From contig JAUWOM010000002.1 in NCBI GenBank assembly GCA_030612085.1, forward strand, positions 1 to 35,615: a DNA stretch of 35,615 bases, written 5' to 3'. Position numbers and translations under genes: made by a program. Positions 1-9,539 of this stretch are shown here, in pieces (position 1 is the stretch's first letter; each line of letters begins with the position of its first letter). Under the pieces are notes generated by a model that saw only the letters and a program-made list of their open reading frames with translations, did not search any database and was not told the origin of the DNA. This DNA comes from Actinomycetes bacterium. Its GTDB lineage: Bacteria; Actinomycetota; Humimicrobiia; JAHJRV01.

Positions 1-45
1 GGTCATACTGTTGGAGCTGGTACTATAACAAAGATAGTTAAGTAA
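1..45 (+). CDS. tuf: elongation factor Tu, C-terminal end (5' part lies outside the window)
   Basis: Frame 1 reads GHTVGAGTITKIVK then TAA, which resembles the conserved EF-Tu C-terminus. It lies directly upstream of rpsJ, as in most bacteria. Confidence 0.7.
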   Translation, partial: GHTVGAGTITKIVK

Positions 46-67
46 TTAAAAATAAATAGCTATTAAA

Positions 68-122
68 AGCTTTGGGCATAGTTTCTCGACTGAAAATGTC
101 TTCGAAACCATGCCACAAATCT
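68..122 (+). repeat. family-A palindromic element, copy 1 (tuf-rpsJ spacer)
   Basis: AGCTTTGGGCATAGTTTCTCGACTGAAAATGTCTTCGAAACCATGCCACAAATCT. Confidence 0.9.
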
Positions 123-132
123 AATAAAAAAA

Positions 133-160
133 GTAGGGCAAAGCTTTAGCCTTGCATATA
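133..160. repeat. family-B hairpin element, copy 1
   Basis: GTAGGGCAAAGCTTTAGCCTTGCATATA. The core GCAAAGCT/AGCCTTGC pairs at 7 of 8 positions. Confidence 0.75.
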
Positions 161-174
161 ATGAGTTCTATTAT

Positions 175-209
175 TGTAAATATAAGCAACCCTAAAGGGT
201 TGCCTTACA
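175..209. repeat. family-B-like hairpin element, copy 2
   Basis: TGTAAATATAAGCAACCCTAAAGGGTTGCCTTACA. The core GCAACCC/GGGTTGC is 7 bp, with an outer TGTAA/TTACA clamp. Confidence 0.7.
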
Positions 210-293
210 TATCAATATGTATTTAAAAATATTTTATAAAGTTTTTAATAGAAATAAAATTTAAGTGTTATATAAATTGATAGGGAGGTATTG

Positions 294-608
294 TTGGTAA
301 AAACTGGTCAGAAAATACGCATTTCATTAAAAGCGTTTGACCATCAGATTGTGGATCGATCGGCAAAAAAGATTGTAGAAACAGTTCTTGAGTCAGGAGC
401 GAGAGTAGCAGGACCTGTTCCACTTCCTACAAAAAGAAATCTTTTTTGTGTGATTAGATCACCACATATCGATAAGGATTCTCGAGAGCACTTTGAGATA
501 AAGACTCATAAGAGATTAATAGATGTATATAATCTGACACCAAAGACAGTTGATTCTCTTATGAGACTAAGTCTTCCGGCTGGTGTTTATATTGAAATAA
601 AGCTATAG
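294..608 (+). CDS. rpsJ: 30S ribosomal protein S10
   Basis: [12 protein letters not shown]...PLPTKR...[13 protein letters not shown] are S10 hallmarks. SD AGGGAGG is at 282-288. TTG occurs at both 291 and 294, and 294 has the better spacing. Confidence 0.93.
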   Translation: MVKTGQKIRISLKAFDHQIVDRSAKKIVETVLESGARVAGPVPLPTKRNLFCVIRSPHIDKDSREHFEIKTHKRLIDVYNLTPKTVDSLMRLSLPAGVYIEIKL

Positions 609-625
609 AATTATAGAATTGTTTT

Positions 626-639
626 AAGCTTTGGGTGTA
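626..639 (+). repeat. solo 5' half-site of the family-A element (degenerate remnant)
   Basis: AAGCTTTGGGTGTA against the A consensus AAGCTTTGGGCATA (12 of 14). No matching 3' arm lies nearby. Confidence 0.5.
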
Positions 640-743
640 TTTTTTTGTTAATATGACCTCTCAACATGTGGAGAATTTATTTCTCTCTCTATATGTGGGG
701 CTATAAAATCCAGTGTGAAGAGGAAAATTTAAAAGCTTTTAAA

Positions 744-796
744 AACTTTGGGCATAGTTTCTTGACTAAATGTCTTCGAAACCATGCCACAAAGCT
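744..796 (+). repeat. family-A palindromic element, copy 2 (rpsJ-rplC spacer)
   Basis: AACTTTGGGCATAGTTTCTTGACTAAATGTCTTCGAAACCATGCCACAAAGCT. Confidence 0.9.
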
Positions 797-860
797 ATAA
801 TAAAAATTGAATTTAAAGATGGGAATTTTAATTAATTGAATATTTAAGATGAGGTAAATT

Positions 861-1505
861 TTGATTAAAGCCATTATAGGAAAAAAAATAGGAATGACAA
901 GCATATATGATGAACAGGGGAACGTTGTTCCTGTAACAGCGGTTAAGGCTGGTCCTTGCACTATTACTCAAGTAAAGTCAGATAAAACAGATGGTTATAA
1001 TGCGATTCAGATAGGTTTTGGCGATATTAAATTAAGTAGAGTAAACAAACCTTATGAGCAACATTTTAAAAAGAAGAAATTAGAGCCAAAAAAACATTTA
1101 TTAGAAGTAAGAGTGGATGAACCCAAGAATTTTAAGGTGGGAGATGTCATTAAAGCTTCTGTATTTGAGAAGGGAGATATAGTTAAGGTAACAGGTAAAT
1201 CTAAAGGAAAAGGATTTACTGGAGGTATGAAGAGACATGGGTTTAGTGGTCAAGGAGCTTCTCATGGTTCACAATACCATCGCGCTATTGGTTCAACTGG
1301 TCAGAGAATCTCAAGAGTTTTTAAAGGTAAGAAGATGCCAGGTCGCCACGGATATAAAAATATAACAACATTGGGATTAGAAGTAGTAGAAGTAGATTCT
1401 GAATCAAACATAATACTTATAAAAGGATCTGTACCAGGATCGAAAGGAAGAATGGTACTTATACAAGACCATAGAAGGAAGGAGAAGGGCTTAAATGGAG
1501 CTTAA
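861..1505 (+). CDS. rplC: 50S ribosomal protein L3
   Basis: N-terminus MIKAIIGKKIGMTSIYDEQG and FKGKKMPGRHG match L3. TTG start follows GAGGT at 851-855. Confidence 0.95.
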   Translation: MIKAIIGKKIGMTSIYDEQGNVVPVTAVKAGPCTITQVKSDKTDGYNAIQIGFGDIKLSRVNKPYEQHFKKKKLEPKKHLLEVRVDEPKNFKVGDVIKASVFEKGDIVKVTGKSKGKGFTGGMKRHGFSGQGASHGSQYHRAIGSTGQRISRVFKGKKMPGRHGYKNITTLGLEVVEVDSESNIILIKGSVPGSKGRMVLIQDHRRKEKGLNGA

Positions 1506-2124
1506 AGCGAATGTTGTAAATATCAGTGGTGATAAAATATCGACCGTTACTTTAAACAAGAAAGTATTTTTTTCAGAGAGTGATGTAAATATTTTACATA
1601 GGGTTGTTAAAACCTATCTTGCTTCAAGGAGATCAGGAACTGCATCAACAAAAACCAGAGATGAGGTAAGAGGTGGTGGAAGAAAACCATGGCGCCAGAA
1701 AGGTACGGGAAGAGCTAGAGCTGGAAGTATTCGATCTCCAATATGGAGGGGTGGAGGAGTTACATTTGGACCAAAACCGAGGGATTACTCAATGAGGTTA
1801 CCTAAGAAGATTAGGTATGAAGCAAGAAAATTAGCTTTGTATATAAAAGCAAAGGATAAAGAGATATTAGTTGCTGAAGATTTTAATTTTAAAGAACCGA
1901 GTACCAAGAATGCTGCTAAATTTCTAAAATATTTTGGAGATGAGAAGAAAAACTTAATTATTCTGGAAAAGGATAAAGAAATAGTTGAAAAATCTTTTAG
2001 AAATATTCCAACTGTTAATGTAATAGGAGTGGATAGACTAAGTGTTTATAACATATTAAACGCTGAAAGACTAATATTTACGAAAAAATCATTGGAAGAA
2101 ACAGTGGAGGTATATGGAAGATGA
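1495..2124 (+). CDS. rplD: 50S ribosomal protein L4
   Basis: GGGRKPWRQKGTGRARAGSIRSPIWRGGGVTFGP is the L4 signature. The gene overlaps the rplC end by 11 nt. Confidence 0.95.
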   Translation: MELKANVVNISGDKISTVTLNKKVFFSESDVNILHRVVKTYLASRRSGTASTKTRDEVRGGGRKPWRQKGTGRARAGSIRSPIWRGGGVTFGPKPRDYSMRLPKKIRYEARKLALYIKAKDKEILVAEDFNFKEPSTKNAAKFLKYFGDEKKNLIILEKDKEIVEKSFRNIPTVNVIGVDRLSVYNILNAERLIFTKKSLEETVEVYGR

Positions 2125-2408
2125 AAGGATCAAGAGATGTGATAATTAAACCAGTCATATCTGAAAAAAGTTACTCATTAGTTGAGCAAAATAGATATAC
2201 ATTTATTGTGCATCCTAAATCAAAAAAGATTGAGATTAAGAAAGCAATTGAAGAAATTTTTAATGTTAAAGTTATTTCAGTTAATACCATTAAAATAGCT
2301 CCAAAACTCAGGAGGTTGGGAGCTTCAATGGGTTATAAGTCTGGATATAAGAAAGCAATTGTTACCTTAAAGCAAGGTGATAGTATACCAATATTTGAAA
2401 GTAAATAA
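2121..2408 (+). CDS. rplW: 50S ribosomal protein L23
   Basis: IIKPVISEKS...YTFIV...KKAIVTL matches L23. ATGA overlap with rplD. Confidence 0.93.
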   Translation: MKGSRDVIIKPVISEKSYSLVEQNRYTFIVHPKSKKIEIKKAIEEIFNVKVISVNTIKIAPKLRRLGASMGYKSGYKKAIVTLKQGDSIPIFESK

Positions 2409-2469
2409 AAATATTAAAAGCTTTAATTGAAGTGAATCTAATTAAGAAATAAATTAAATAACTGTTAAA

Positions 2470-2523
2470 AGCTTTGGGCATAGTTTCTTGACTAAAATGT
2501 CTTCGAAACCATGCCACAAAGCT
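2470..2523 (+). repeat. family-A palindromic element, copy 3 (rplW-rplB spacer)
   Basis: AGCTTTGGGCATAGTTTCTTGACTAAAATGTCTTCGAAACCATGCCACAAAGCT. Confidence 0.9.
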
Positions 2524-2560
2524 AATAATTAAAATATATTGTCATATAAAGGGAGTTAAT

Positions 2561-3385
2561 TTGCCAGTAAAAAAATATAAACCTACAACACCTGGTAGAA
2601 GATTTTTAGTAGGAATTGATTATTCAAAATTGACAAAAAAGAAACCCGAAAAAATGTTGACTAAGCCACTTAAGAAAAAAGCTGGTAGAAACGTTAGTGG
2701 TAAGATTACCGTTCGACACAAGGGTGGTGGACATAAAAGACAATATAGAGTTATAGATTTTAAAAGAAAAAAAGATGATATTATAGCAAGAGTTAATTCA
2801 ATTGAGTATGATCCAAACAGATCATGTAATATTGCTTTAATTACTTATAATGATGGAGAAAAGAATTATATATTAGCACCCAGAGGTATAAAGGTGGGAG
2901 ATTCTGTTATTTCTGGTGATAATGTGGATATTAAAATTGGAAATACTCTTCCATTAAGGAAGATTCCTACTGGAACATTTGTACATAATATTGAGATGCA
3001 AATTGGCAGGGGAGGTCAATTAGTAAGATCAGCTGGTTCAAGTGCTCAATTGATGGCCAAAGAGGGAGATTATGGAAATTTAAAGCTTCCATCTGGTGAA
3101 ATAAGACTTATTAACTTGAATTGTAGAGCAACAATTGGTCAAGTTGGTAATGTAGAACATGGTATTACGATAAAAGGAAAAGCCGGAAGAAGTAGATGGT
3201 TAGGAATTAGACCAACTACAAGAGGTACAGCAATGAATCCAGTGGATCACCCTCATGGTGGTGGTGAAGGAAGGGGAAAATCAGGAAGACCACCTTCATC
3301 CCCTACTGGAGTAAAAGCTATTGGGTATAAAACAAGAAAGAAGAGAAAACCATCAGATAAAATGATAATTAAGCGTAGGAAATAA
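2561..3385 (+). CDS. rplB: 50S ribosomal protein L2
   Basis: [23 protein letters not shown] and [13 protein letters not shown] match L2. TTG start follows GGGAG. Confidence 0.97.
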   Translation: MPVKKYKPTTPGRRFLVGIDYSKLTKKKPEKMLTKPLKKKAGRNVSGKITVRHKGGGHKRQYRVIDFKRKKDDIIARVNSIEYDPNRSCNIALITYNDGEKNYILAPRGIKVGDSVISGDNVDIKIGNTLPLRKIPTGTFVHNIEMQIGRGGQLVRSAGSSAQLMAKEGDYGNLKLPSGEIRLINLNCRATIGQVGNVEHGITIKGKAGRSRWLGIRPTTRGTAMNPVDHPHGGGEGRGKSGRPPSSPTGVKAIGYKTRKKRKPSDKMIIKRRK

Positions 3386-3407
3386 AAAAAATTAAGAGGG
3401 AGGTAAA

Positions 3408-3692
3408 TTGCCTAGATCTCTAAAAAAAGGTCCTTATATTGATGAAAAACTTTATAAGAAGATCTCTAAGTTAAACACTAATAATGAAAAGAAAATGATA
3501 AAGACTTGGGCTAGAAGTTGTACTATAATTCCTGAAATGGTTGGTCATACAATTGCTGTACATAATGGGAGAAAACATGTTCCAATTTTTATAACTGAGA
3601 ATATGGTTGGGCATAAATTGGGTGAATTTGCTCCTACTAGAACATTTAGACTACATGGTGGTCACACAGAAAGATCAACATCATTGAAGTAA
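3408..3692 (+). CDS. rpsS: 30S ribosomal protein S19
   Basis: [15 protein letters not shown] and [23 protein letters not shown] match S19. TTG start follows GGGAGG. Confidence 0.96.
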   Translation: MPRSLKKGPYIDEKLYKKISKLNTNNEKKMIKTWARSCTIIPEMVGHTIAVHNGRKHVPIFITENMVGHKLGEFAPTRTFRLHGGHTERSTSLK

Positions 3693-3719
3693 TAGGAAAA
3701 ACTATTATAGGAGAATAAA

Positions 3720-4061
3720 TTGGAAGTAAAGGCAGTTTTAAGATATGTAAGGATAAGTCCTCGAAAAGCTAGATTAGTTATAGATATGATAAGAGGAATG
3801 GATGTTTCTAAAGCAAAAGTAGTTTTAGGTTTTACTCCTAAAAAAGCAGCTAAGATGGTAAAAAAGGTGCTTTCTAGTGCTGTGGCAAATGCTATTGAGA
3901 ATCATGGTATGAAAGATGAAGATTTATATATATCCAAAATAAATGTTGACCAAGGTCCAACTTTAAAAAGGATGAAACCGAGAGCAAGGGGAAGAGCGGA
4001 TAGAATTAAAAAGAGGACAAGTCATATAACTATTTATATTTCTCAAAGAGAGGAGAGTTAA
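3720..4061 (+). CDS. rplV: 50S ribosomal protein L22
   Basis: RYVRISPRKARLVIDMIRG and PRARGRADRIKKRTSHI match L22. TTG start follows GGAGA. Confidence 0.95.
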   Translation: MEVKAVLRYVRISPRKARLVIDMIRGMDVSKAKVVLGFTPKKAAKMVKKVLSSAVANAIENHGMKDEDLYISKINVDQGPTLKRMKPRARGRADRIKKRTSHITIYISQREES

Positions 4062-4062
4062 T

Positions 4063-4722
4063 ATGGGACAAAAAGTAAATCCTGTCGGTTTCAGAACAGG
4101 AATTAATAGAGATTGGAAAACTCATTGGTTTGCGACTAAAGAGTATTCCAAGTTTCTTTGTGAGGATATAAAGATAAGAGAATATTTAAGGGACCAATTA
4201 CCAAATGCTGCTGTTTCAGGAATAGAGATTGAAAGAACAGCAGGGATAATGACAATGAATGTTTGTACAGCACGTCCAGGTATAGTTATAGGAAGAAAAG
4301 GATCAAATATAAATATTTTAAAAAAAGAAATAGAGAAGATGACAGATCACCAGGTTATTGTAAATATTGTTGAAGTTGTAAAACCTGAATTAGATGCGGT
4401 TTTAGTTGCTGAGAATGTAGCTCAACAGATAGAGGGAAGAACTGGCTATAGAAGAGCGATGAAAAAAGCAATATTTATAACAATGAAAACTGGAGCAAAA
4501 GGAATAAAGATTTCATGTTCAGGAAGACTTGGAGGGGCTGAGATGGCAAGAACAGTGTGGTTTAAGGAGGGAAGAATACCTCTTCATACTCTAAAAGCAG
4601 ATATTGATTATGGACAAAAAGACGCAATTACAAAATTTGGAGTTATTGGGGTAAAAGTGTGGATAAACAGAGGAGAGTTTATTAGTAAGGAGGAGCAGTT
4701 TAAGAGCTCTCATGATAAATAA
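4063..4722 (+). CDS. rpsC: 30S ribosomal protein S3
   Basis: MGQKVNPVGFR and the KH-type GRKGSNI match S3, as does the conserved C-terminal domain. Confidence 0.96.
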   Translation: MGQKVNPVGFRTGINRDWKTHWFATKEYSKFLCEDIKIREYLRDQLPNAAVSGIEIERTAGIMTMNVCTARPGIVIGRKGSNINILKKEIEKMTDHQVIVNIVEVVKPELDAVLVAENVAQQIEGRTGYRRAMKKAIFITMKTGAKGIKISCSGRLGGAEMARTVWFKEGRIPLHTLKADIDYGQKDAITKFGVIGVKVWINRGEFISKEEQFKSSHDK

Positions 4723-4826
4723 ACTAAGTCAATTAAAAAGTCATAAAAATATTAAATCATAAGATTTATACCAATTTAAATTTAAAGAATTGTTTTATAA
4801 GTAAGAAAAAATTTTAAGGAGAAGAA

Positions 4827-5249
4827 ATGTTACTTCCCAAAAGGGTAAAACATAGAAAAGAATTTAGAGGAAGATTGAAAGGTAAGTCAATAAGAGGATC
4901 AAAATTGTCTTTTGGTCAGTATGGGCTTCAAGCACTAGAACCATCCTGGATAACAAATAGACAAATAGAAGCTGCAAGAATAGCAATTACACGATGTATA
5001 AAAAGGGGAGGTAAAATCTGGATAAATATATTTCCTCATAAACCAGTTACTAAAAAACCCGCAGAAACCAGAATGGGAAGTGGAAAAGGTGCGCCTGATG
5101 GATGGGTAGCGGTTGTTAAACCAGGTCGTATTATGTTTGAAATTTCGGGTGTATCTGAGGAATTAGCAAAAGATGCAATGAGAAGAGCTTCTCATAAACT
5201 TCCTATAAAATGTAAATTTGTTACATTTAGAGAAGGAGGAGGCGAGTAA
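4827..5249 (+). CDS. rplP: 50S ribosomal protein L16
   Basis: [19 protein letters not shown] and [26 protein letters not shown] match L16. Confidence 0.96.
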   Translation: MLLPKRVKHRKEFRGRLKGKSIRGSKLSFGQYGLQALEPSWITNRQIEAARIAITRCIKRGGKIWINIFPHKPVTKKPAETRMGSGKGAPDGWVAVVKPGRIMFEISGVSEELAKDAMRRASHKLPIKCKFVTFREGGGE

Positions 5250-5250
5250 T

Positions 5251-5457
5251 TTGAAAGCAACTCAAATCAGAGAATTGACTTTTAATCAGTTAGATAAGAA
5301 ATTAGCTAAGGCTAAACAAGATCTTTTTAATCTTAGATTTCAATTATCAATCAGTAAACTTAAAAACACAGCAAAAATAAAAGAAATAAAAAGAGAAATT
5401 GCGAGGATAATGACTGTGAAATACGAGAAGGAGAGAGAGGTAATTAATGAGAAGTAG
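5251..5457 (+). CDS. rpmC: 50S ribosomal protein L29
   Basis: A TTG at 5251, just after the rplP stop, gives [10 protein letters not shown]...DLFNLRFQ, a typical L29 N-terminus. The ORF-track start at 5218 lies inside rplP and is unlikely. Confidence 0.9.
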   Translation: MKATQIRELTFNQLDKKLAKAKQDLFNLRFQLSISKLKNTAKIKEIKREIARIMTVKYEKEREVINEK

Positions 5458-5698
5458 AAGAAAAGTCAAATCAGGCAAGGTTATAAGTGATAAAATGGAT
5501 AAAACTGTAGTTGTTGAAGTAATGACAACTTCTCATCACCCTGTTTATAAAAAGACCATGATAAAAGCAAAGAAATATAAGGTTCATGATGAAAAGGGTG
5601 AATGCAAAGTAGGTGATCTTGTATCTATTATGGAGACTAAACCAATTAGCAAGACAAAGAGGTGGAGAGTCTTTAAAGTAGTTGAGCAAAGTAAGTGA
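5447..5698 (+). CDS. rpsQ: 30S ribosomal protein S17
   Basis: [16 protein letters not shown]...HPVYKK...KYKVHDE...PISKTKRW matches S17. Overlaps the rpmC end. Confidence 0.94.
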   Translation: MRSRRKVKSGKVISDKMDKTVVVEVMTTSHHPVYKKTMIKAKKYKVHDEKGECKVGDLVSIMETKPISKTKRWRVFKVVEQSK

Positions 5699-5708
5699 GG
5701 TTTTTAAA

Positions 5709-6077
5709 ATGATACAATCATTTAGTAGATTAAAAGTAGCAGATAATACTGGAGCAAAAGTAATAATGTGTATTAGAGTATTGGGTGGAACAAGAAGGAG
5801 GTATGCGCGTGTTGGTGATGTAATAGTAGCTACTGTAAAATCTGCATCACCAGATGGAGTTGTTAAAAAAAGTGAAATAGTTAAAGCAGTTGTAGTGCGA
5901 ACTAAAAAAGGTTATAGAAGAAATGATGGAACATATATAAAATTCGATGAAAATGCTGCCGTTATAATAGATAACCAAAATAACCCCAGGGGAACAAGAA
6001 TATTTGGTCCTGTAGCAAGGGAATTAAGAGATAAAGAATATATGAAAATAGTATCTCTATCACCAGAGGTTTTATAG
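5709..6077 (+). CDS. rplN: 50S ribosomal protein L14
   Basis: The ATG at 5709 gives [17 protein letters not shown], the canonical L14 N-terminus. The ORF-track start at 5682 adds 9 non-conserved residues. Confidence 0.95.
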   Translation: MIQSFSRLKVADNTGAKVIMCIRVLGGTRRRYARVGDVIVATVKSASPDGVVKKSEIVKAVVVRTKKGYRRNDGTYIKFDENAAVIIDNQNNPRGTRIFGPVARELRDKEYMKIVSLSPEVL

Positions 6078-6086
6078 GAGGAAAAA

Positions 6087-6422
6087 TTGGTAAAATTAAA
6101 GATAAAAAAGGGAGATACAGTAGTTATCATAAAAGGTAAAGATTCAAGTAAATCATTTAAAAAAAAGACTGGTAAAGTTCTAAGAATTGAACCAGAAAAA
6201 GAAAGAGTTTATGTTAAAGGGAAAAATATTATAAAAAGACACACACGAAAAAAGAGTGAGCAGGAACCGGGTGGAGTAATTGAGAAAGAGGGACCAATTT
6301 ATATAAGTAATGTAATGCTTGTTTGCCCTTCTTGTGGAAAGCCAACTAGAGTGAAAATGCAGATTTTAAAAAATAATGAGAAAGTTAGAGTTTGTAAGAG
6401 ATGCGGGGAACAAATTCCTTAA
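6087..6422 (+). CDS. rplX: 50S ribosomal protein L24 (KOW domain; Cys4-containing C-terminal part)
   Basis: KIKKGDTVVIIKGKD is the KOW motif. TTG start follows GGAGG. CPSC...CKRC lies in the C-terminal third. Confidence 0.93.
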   Translation: MVKLKIKKGDTVVIIKGKDSSKSFKKKTGKVLRIEPEKERVYVKGKNIIKRHTRKKSEQEPGGVIEKEGPIYISNVMLVCPSCGKPTRVKMQILKNNEKVRVCKRCGEQIP

Positions 6423-6461
6423 AGTATTTCTTTAATATTCATTAGGAAGTAGGAGAAATTA

Positions 6462-7010
6462 ATGTACAAACCAAGATTAAAAGAAAAATTTGAAAAAGAA
6501 ATAATACCCAATATGGTGAAGCAGTTCTCATATAAGAATAAGATGCAAGTTCCTAAACTTGAAAAAATAATTGTTAATATGGGTATAGGTTCTGCAATGC
6601 AAAATCCTAATGAGTTAGAAGGTGCTATTAACAATTTAAAAGCTATAACAGGTCAGATGCCAATAGTTACAAAAGCTAAGAAATCTATTGCAGGATTTAA
6701 ACTAAGAGCTGGTATGAAGATAGGTCTTAAAGTTACATTAAGAGGAAATAGAATGTATGAGTTTTTAGATAGATTCTTATCTGTCGCTTTACCAAGAACT
6801 CGAGATTTTAGGGGAATTTCTCCAAAATCAATGGATAAAAAAGGAAATTTAACAGTGGGAGTTACTGAACAAATTGTGTTTTCAGAAATCGACAGTGATA
6901 AGATAGACCGTACACGAGGAATGAATGTAACTATAGTAACCTCATCAAATGGAAATGAAGAAGGTTTTTCTCTACTAAAATATTTTGGAGTACCTTTTAG
7001 AGAAAAATAA
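6462..7010 (+). CDS. rplE: 50S ribosomal protein L5
   Basis: [20 protein letters not shown] and PRTRDFRG match L5. Confidence 0.95.
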   Translation: MYKPRLKEKFEKEIIPNMVKQFSYKNKMQVPKLEKIIVNMGIGSAMQNPNELEGAINNLKAITGQMPIVTKAKKSIAGFKLRAGMKIGLKVTLRGNRMYEFLDRFLSVALPRTRDFRGISPKSMDKKGNLTVGVTEQIVFSEIDSDKIDRTRGMNVTIVTSSNGNEEGFSLLKYFGVPFREK

Positions 7011-7024
7011 CAATATTAATTTTA

Positions 7025-7085
7025 TTTGTCATCCCTTCTCCTTCGTTGCACTCGAGGGTCAGGGGAAGAGTCTGAATGAAACAAA
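7025..7085. repeat. family-C MITE-like element, copy 1 (rplE-rpsN spacer)
   Basis: TTTGTCATCC...CCTTCGTTGCACTCGAGGGTCAGG...GAATGAAACAAA shares its termini and the CCTTCGTTxCACTCGAGGGTCA core with 32734-32799. Confidence 0.75.
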
Positions 7086-7119
7086 ATAAAGTGAAGAATA
7101 TCAATATCAGGAGGTCTTA

Positions 7120-7305
7120 TTGGCTAAAAAATCTTTAATTATAAAAGCAAAAAGGAAACAAAAATATAAAGTGAGACAGTATAATCGATGCAACCGATGT
7201 GGAAGGTCAAGAGGATATTATAGAAAGTTTGGTTTATGTCGAATTTGTCTTAGGGAATTAGCCCATAAAGGACAAATTCCAGGATTAAAAAAAGCTAGTT
7301 GGTAG
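7120..7305 (+). CDS. rpsN: 30S ribosomal protein S14, short zinc-binding type Z (61 aa)
   Basis: [16 protein letters not shown]...[20 protein letters not shown]...PGLKKASW matches S14 type Z. TTG start follows AGGAGG. Confidence 0.95.
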   Translation: MAKKSLIIKAKRKQKYKVRQYNRCNRCGRSRGYYRKFGLCRICLRELAHKGQIPGLKKASW

Positions 7306-7320
7306 GTTAAGGGGGAATAA

Positions 7321-7719
7321 ATGAGTGTATCAGATACTATTGGAGATATGTTAACTAACATAAGAAATGCTAATTCTGCAAATCATTTGGTAACGGAAGT
7401 ACCCTCCTCAAAAATGATATGTGAAATGATCAAAATTCTTTTAGAAGAGGGTTATATAAAAGATTATAAAATTGAGAGGAATCCAATACAGGATAGGATA
7501 AAGATTTATTTAAAATATGGTCCGAACAAAGAAAAGATAATTACAGGTATAAGACGTATTAGTAAACCTGGACTTAGAGTATATGCAAGGAAAGATGAAA
7601 TACCAAGGGTTTTAGGCGGTTTGGGAATTTCAATTATATCAACTTCTAATGGTATTTTAACTGGAAGAAAGGCAAGAAAATTAGGAGTTAGTGGAGAAGT
7701 AATCTGTTATGTTTGGTAG
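7321..7719 (+). CDS. rpsH: 30S ribosomal protein S8
   Basis: [13 protein letters not shown] and the C-terminal GEVICYVW match S8. Confidence 0.95.
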   Translation: MSVSDTIGDMLTNIRNANSANHLVTEVPSSKMICEMIKILLEEGYIKDYKIERNPIQDRIKIYLKYGPNKEKIITGIRRISKPGLRVYARKDEIPRVLGGLGISIISTSNGILTGRKARKLGVSGEVICYVW

Positions 7720-7743
7720 TATATAAATTTAAAAATTACTATA

Positions 7744-7796
7744 AGATTTGGGCAAAGTTTCTTGACTAAATGTCTTCGAAACCATGCCACGAATCT
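7744..7796 (+). repeat. family-A palindromic element, copy 4 (rpsH-rplF spacer)
   Basis: AGATTTGGGCAAAGTTTCTTGACTAAATGTCTTCGAAACCATGCCACGAATCT. Confidence 0.9.
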
Positions 7797-7827
7797 ATTG
7801 ATAAAATCGAAATAAAGGAGAAGCAAA

Positions 7828-8376
7828 TTGTCTCGAGTTGGTAAAATGCCAATTTCTCTAACAGAGAATGTTAAAGTTAAAATTGAAGAAAATGAAATAA
7901 TTGTGATAGGTCCGATGGGAGAGTTAAGACAGGAATTAAAATCTGAAATTAATGTTGATTTATCAGAAAATGAGATTATTGTGAAAAGGGAGTCAGATTC
8001 TAAATATCATAAATCACTTCACGGTTTATATCGGACATTGATAGCAAATATGGTTAAGGGTGTAACTGAAGGATATACAAAAACTCTTGAGATAATTGGT
8101 GTTGGATATAAGGCAGTTAAAAAAGGTAAAACACTGGAACTCTCTCTTGGATATTCGCACCAAATAAAGATGGAGGATCCATTGGGCATTGAAACAGTAG
8201 TACCCAATCCAACAACGATAATAGTAAAAGGCATTGATAAGCAATTAGTTGGAGAAATAGCTGCAAGAATAAGATCAAAGAGACCCCCCGAGCCTTATAA
8301 GGGAAAAGGAATAAGGTATAGAGGAGAAAAGGTTAGAAAGAAAGTTGGAAAAGCAGGTGTTTCAGCTGCATTTTAA
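7828..8376 (+). CDS. rplF: 50S ribosomal protein L6
   Basis: MSRVGKMPISL and PEPYKGKGIRYRGE match L6. TTG start follows AGGAGA. Confidence 0.95.
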   Translation: MSRVGKMPISLTENVKVKIEENEIIVIGPMGELRQELKSEINVDLSENEIIVKRESDSKYHKSLHGLYRTLIANMVKGVTEGYTKTLEIIGVGYKAVKKGKTLELSLGYSHQIKMEDPLGIETVVPNPTTIIVKGIDKQLVGEIAARIRSKRPPEPYKGKGIRYRGEKVRKKVGKAGVSAAF

Positions 8377-8401
8377 AAAATTAAATTAAATAAACTTTGA
8401 A

Positions 8402-8455
8402 AGATTTGGGCAAAGTTTCTTGACTAAAATGTCTTCGAAACTATGCCACAAATCT
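8402..8455 (+). repeat. family-A palindromic element, copy 5 (rplF-rplR spacer)
   Basis: AGATTTGGGCAAAGTTTCTTGACTAAAATGTCTTCGAAACTATGCCACAAATCT. Confidence 0.9.
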
Positions 8456-8542
8456 ATAAATAGATTCAAATTCAAAAAGTATTAATTTATGATTAAAAAT
8501 TTATAAATATAATTTTTAATTCTTGAAGTTGGAGTAATTAAT

Positions 8543-8899
8543 TTGGTAAAGTCAAAAAAAGTTTTAGATAGAGAAAAAAGACATAGAAGGGTTAGAGTAA
8601 AGGTTTTTGGTATCAAGAAAAGACCAAGATTAAGTGTTTTTAGAAGCAACAAGGATATCTATGCCCAGTTAATAGATGACACAAGAGGTTATACTTTATG
8701 TAGTTACTCTTCCCTGAAACTTAAAGAAAAAGAAGGTAAAAATAAGGTTGAAATTGCTTACTTGGTAGGCAATGAGATTGGAAAAATAGCTAAGAGAAAG
8801 CGTATCAAAGAAATTGTATTTGATAGGGGTGGTTACAAATTTCATGGTAGAGTAAAAGCCTTAGCTGATGGTGCGAGAGAAGCTGGACTATCTTTTTAG
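8543..8899 (+). CDS. rplR: 50S ribosomal protein L18
   Basis: [20 protein letters not shown] and [24 protein letters not shown] match L18. TTG start. Confidence 0.95.
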   Translation: MVKSKKVLDREKRHRRVRVKVFGIKKRPRLSVFRSNKDIYAQLIDDTRGYTLCSYSSLKLKEKEGKNKVEIAYLVGNEIGKIAKRKRIKEIVFDRGGYKFHGRVKALADGAREAGLSF

Positions 8900-8917
8900 A
8901 ATTATAGGAGGTAAATA

Positions 8918-9493
8918 TTGACAGAAAGTCAACAACAAAAAATTTCAATAAAAAATAAAGAGCAAGAGATAGAGTTTGAAGAAAAGGTAATAAATATAAA
9001 TAGAGTTGCTAAAGTTGTAAAAGGTGGAAGAAGATTTAGTTTTTCTGCCCTTGTAGTTGTTGGAGACAAAGATAGTCACGTGGGGATAGGTTTTGGAAAA
9101 GCAAAAGAAGTTCCAATTGCTATTTCAAAGGCTATTTCAATTGCTAAAAAAGAAGTTTTCAAGGTACCAGTAGTTGGAGATAAAACATTACCACATCATA
9201 TAATTGGTAGACATGGATCAAGTAAGGTATTAATTAAACCAGCCGCTCCGGGTACGGGTATTAAAGCAGGAGGAGCTGTTAGGATGATAATGGAACTTGC
9301 TGGAATAAAGAATGTTCTTACAAAATCTTTGGGAAGTACAAATGTAATTAATGTTGTTAGAGCAACGGAAAATGGATTAAAAAGAATAAAATCACCATCT
9401 CAAATAGCTGAGTTAAGAGGAAAAAGCTTAAAGGATTTTTTTTCAAGCCCGGAAGGGTCGAAAGAAAGTAAAATTAAAAATAAAAGTAAATAA
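8918..9493 (+). CDS. rpsE: 30S ribosomal protein S5
   Basis: [24 protein letters not shown] and [11 protein letters not shown] match S5. TTG start follows GGAGG. Confidence 0.95.
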   Translation: MTESQQQKISIKNKEQEIEFEEKVININRVAKVVKGGRRFSFSALVVVGDKDSHVGIGFGKAKEVPIAISKAISIAKKEVFKVPVVGDKTLPHHIIGRHGSSKVLIKPAAPGTGIKAGGAVRMIMELAGIKNVLTKSLGSTNVINVVRATENGLKRIKSPSQIAELRGKSLKDFFSSPEGSKESKIKNKSK

Positions 9494-9539
9494 AATATCA
9501 TTCTTGTATATAAATATAAATTTTTAAAGGAAAAAGGTA

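Noticed and set aside
761-801. TTGACT inside the family-A apical region as a -35 box driving internal promoters
   Set aside because: No -10-like hexamer lies 16-18 nt downstream in any copy. The nearest TATAAT-like sequence (copy 2) is about 28 nt away.
701-961. 86-aa minus-strand ORF spanning the rpsJ-rplC spacer
   Set aside because: It runs through repeat copy A2 and overlaps the rplC start in antisense. No domain is recognisable, so it looks like an artefact of the repeat and AT-rich sequence.
2495-2520. Sigma-54-like TGGCAT on the minus strand of family-A elements (TTTGTGGCATGGTTTCGAAG)
   Set aside because: The -12 TTGC element is missing at the required spacing. There are no minus-strand genes to drive.
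5218-5250. ORF-track upstream starts for rpmC (5218), rplN (5682) and the RAM-domain gene (32174)
   Set aside because: They add non-conserved residues and overlap the upstream gene or the SD. Downstream starts at 5251, 5709 and 32189 match the family N-termini and SD spacing.
8492-8520. Perfect 10-bp inverted repeat ATTAAAAATT-N9-AATTTTTAAT upstream of rplR
   Set aside because: It consists only of A and T in a very AT-rich spacer, so chance occurrence is high and stability low.
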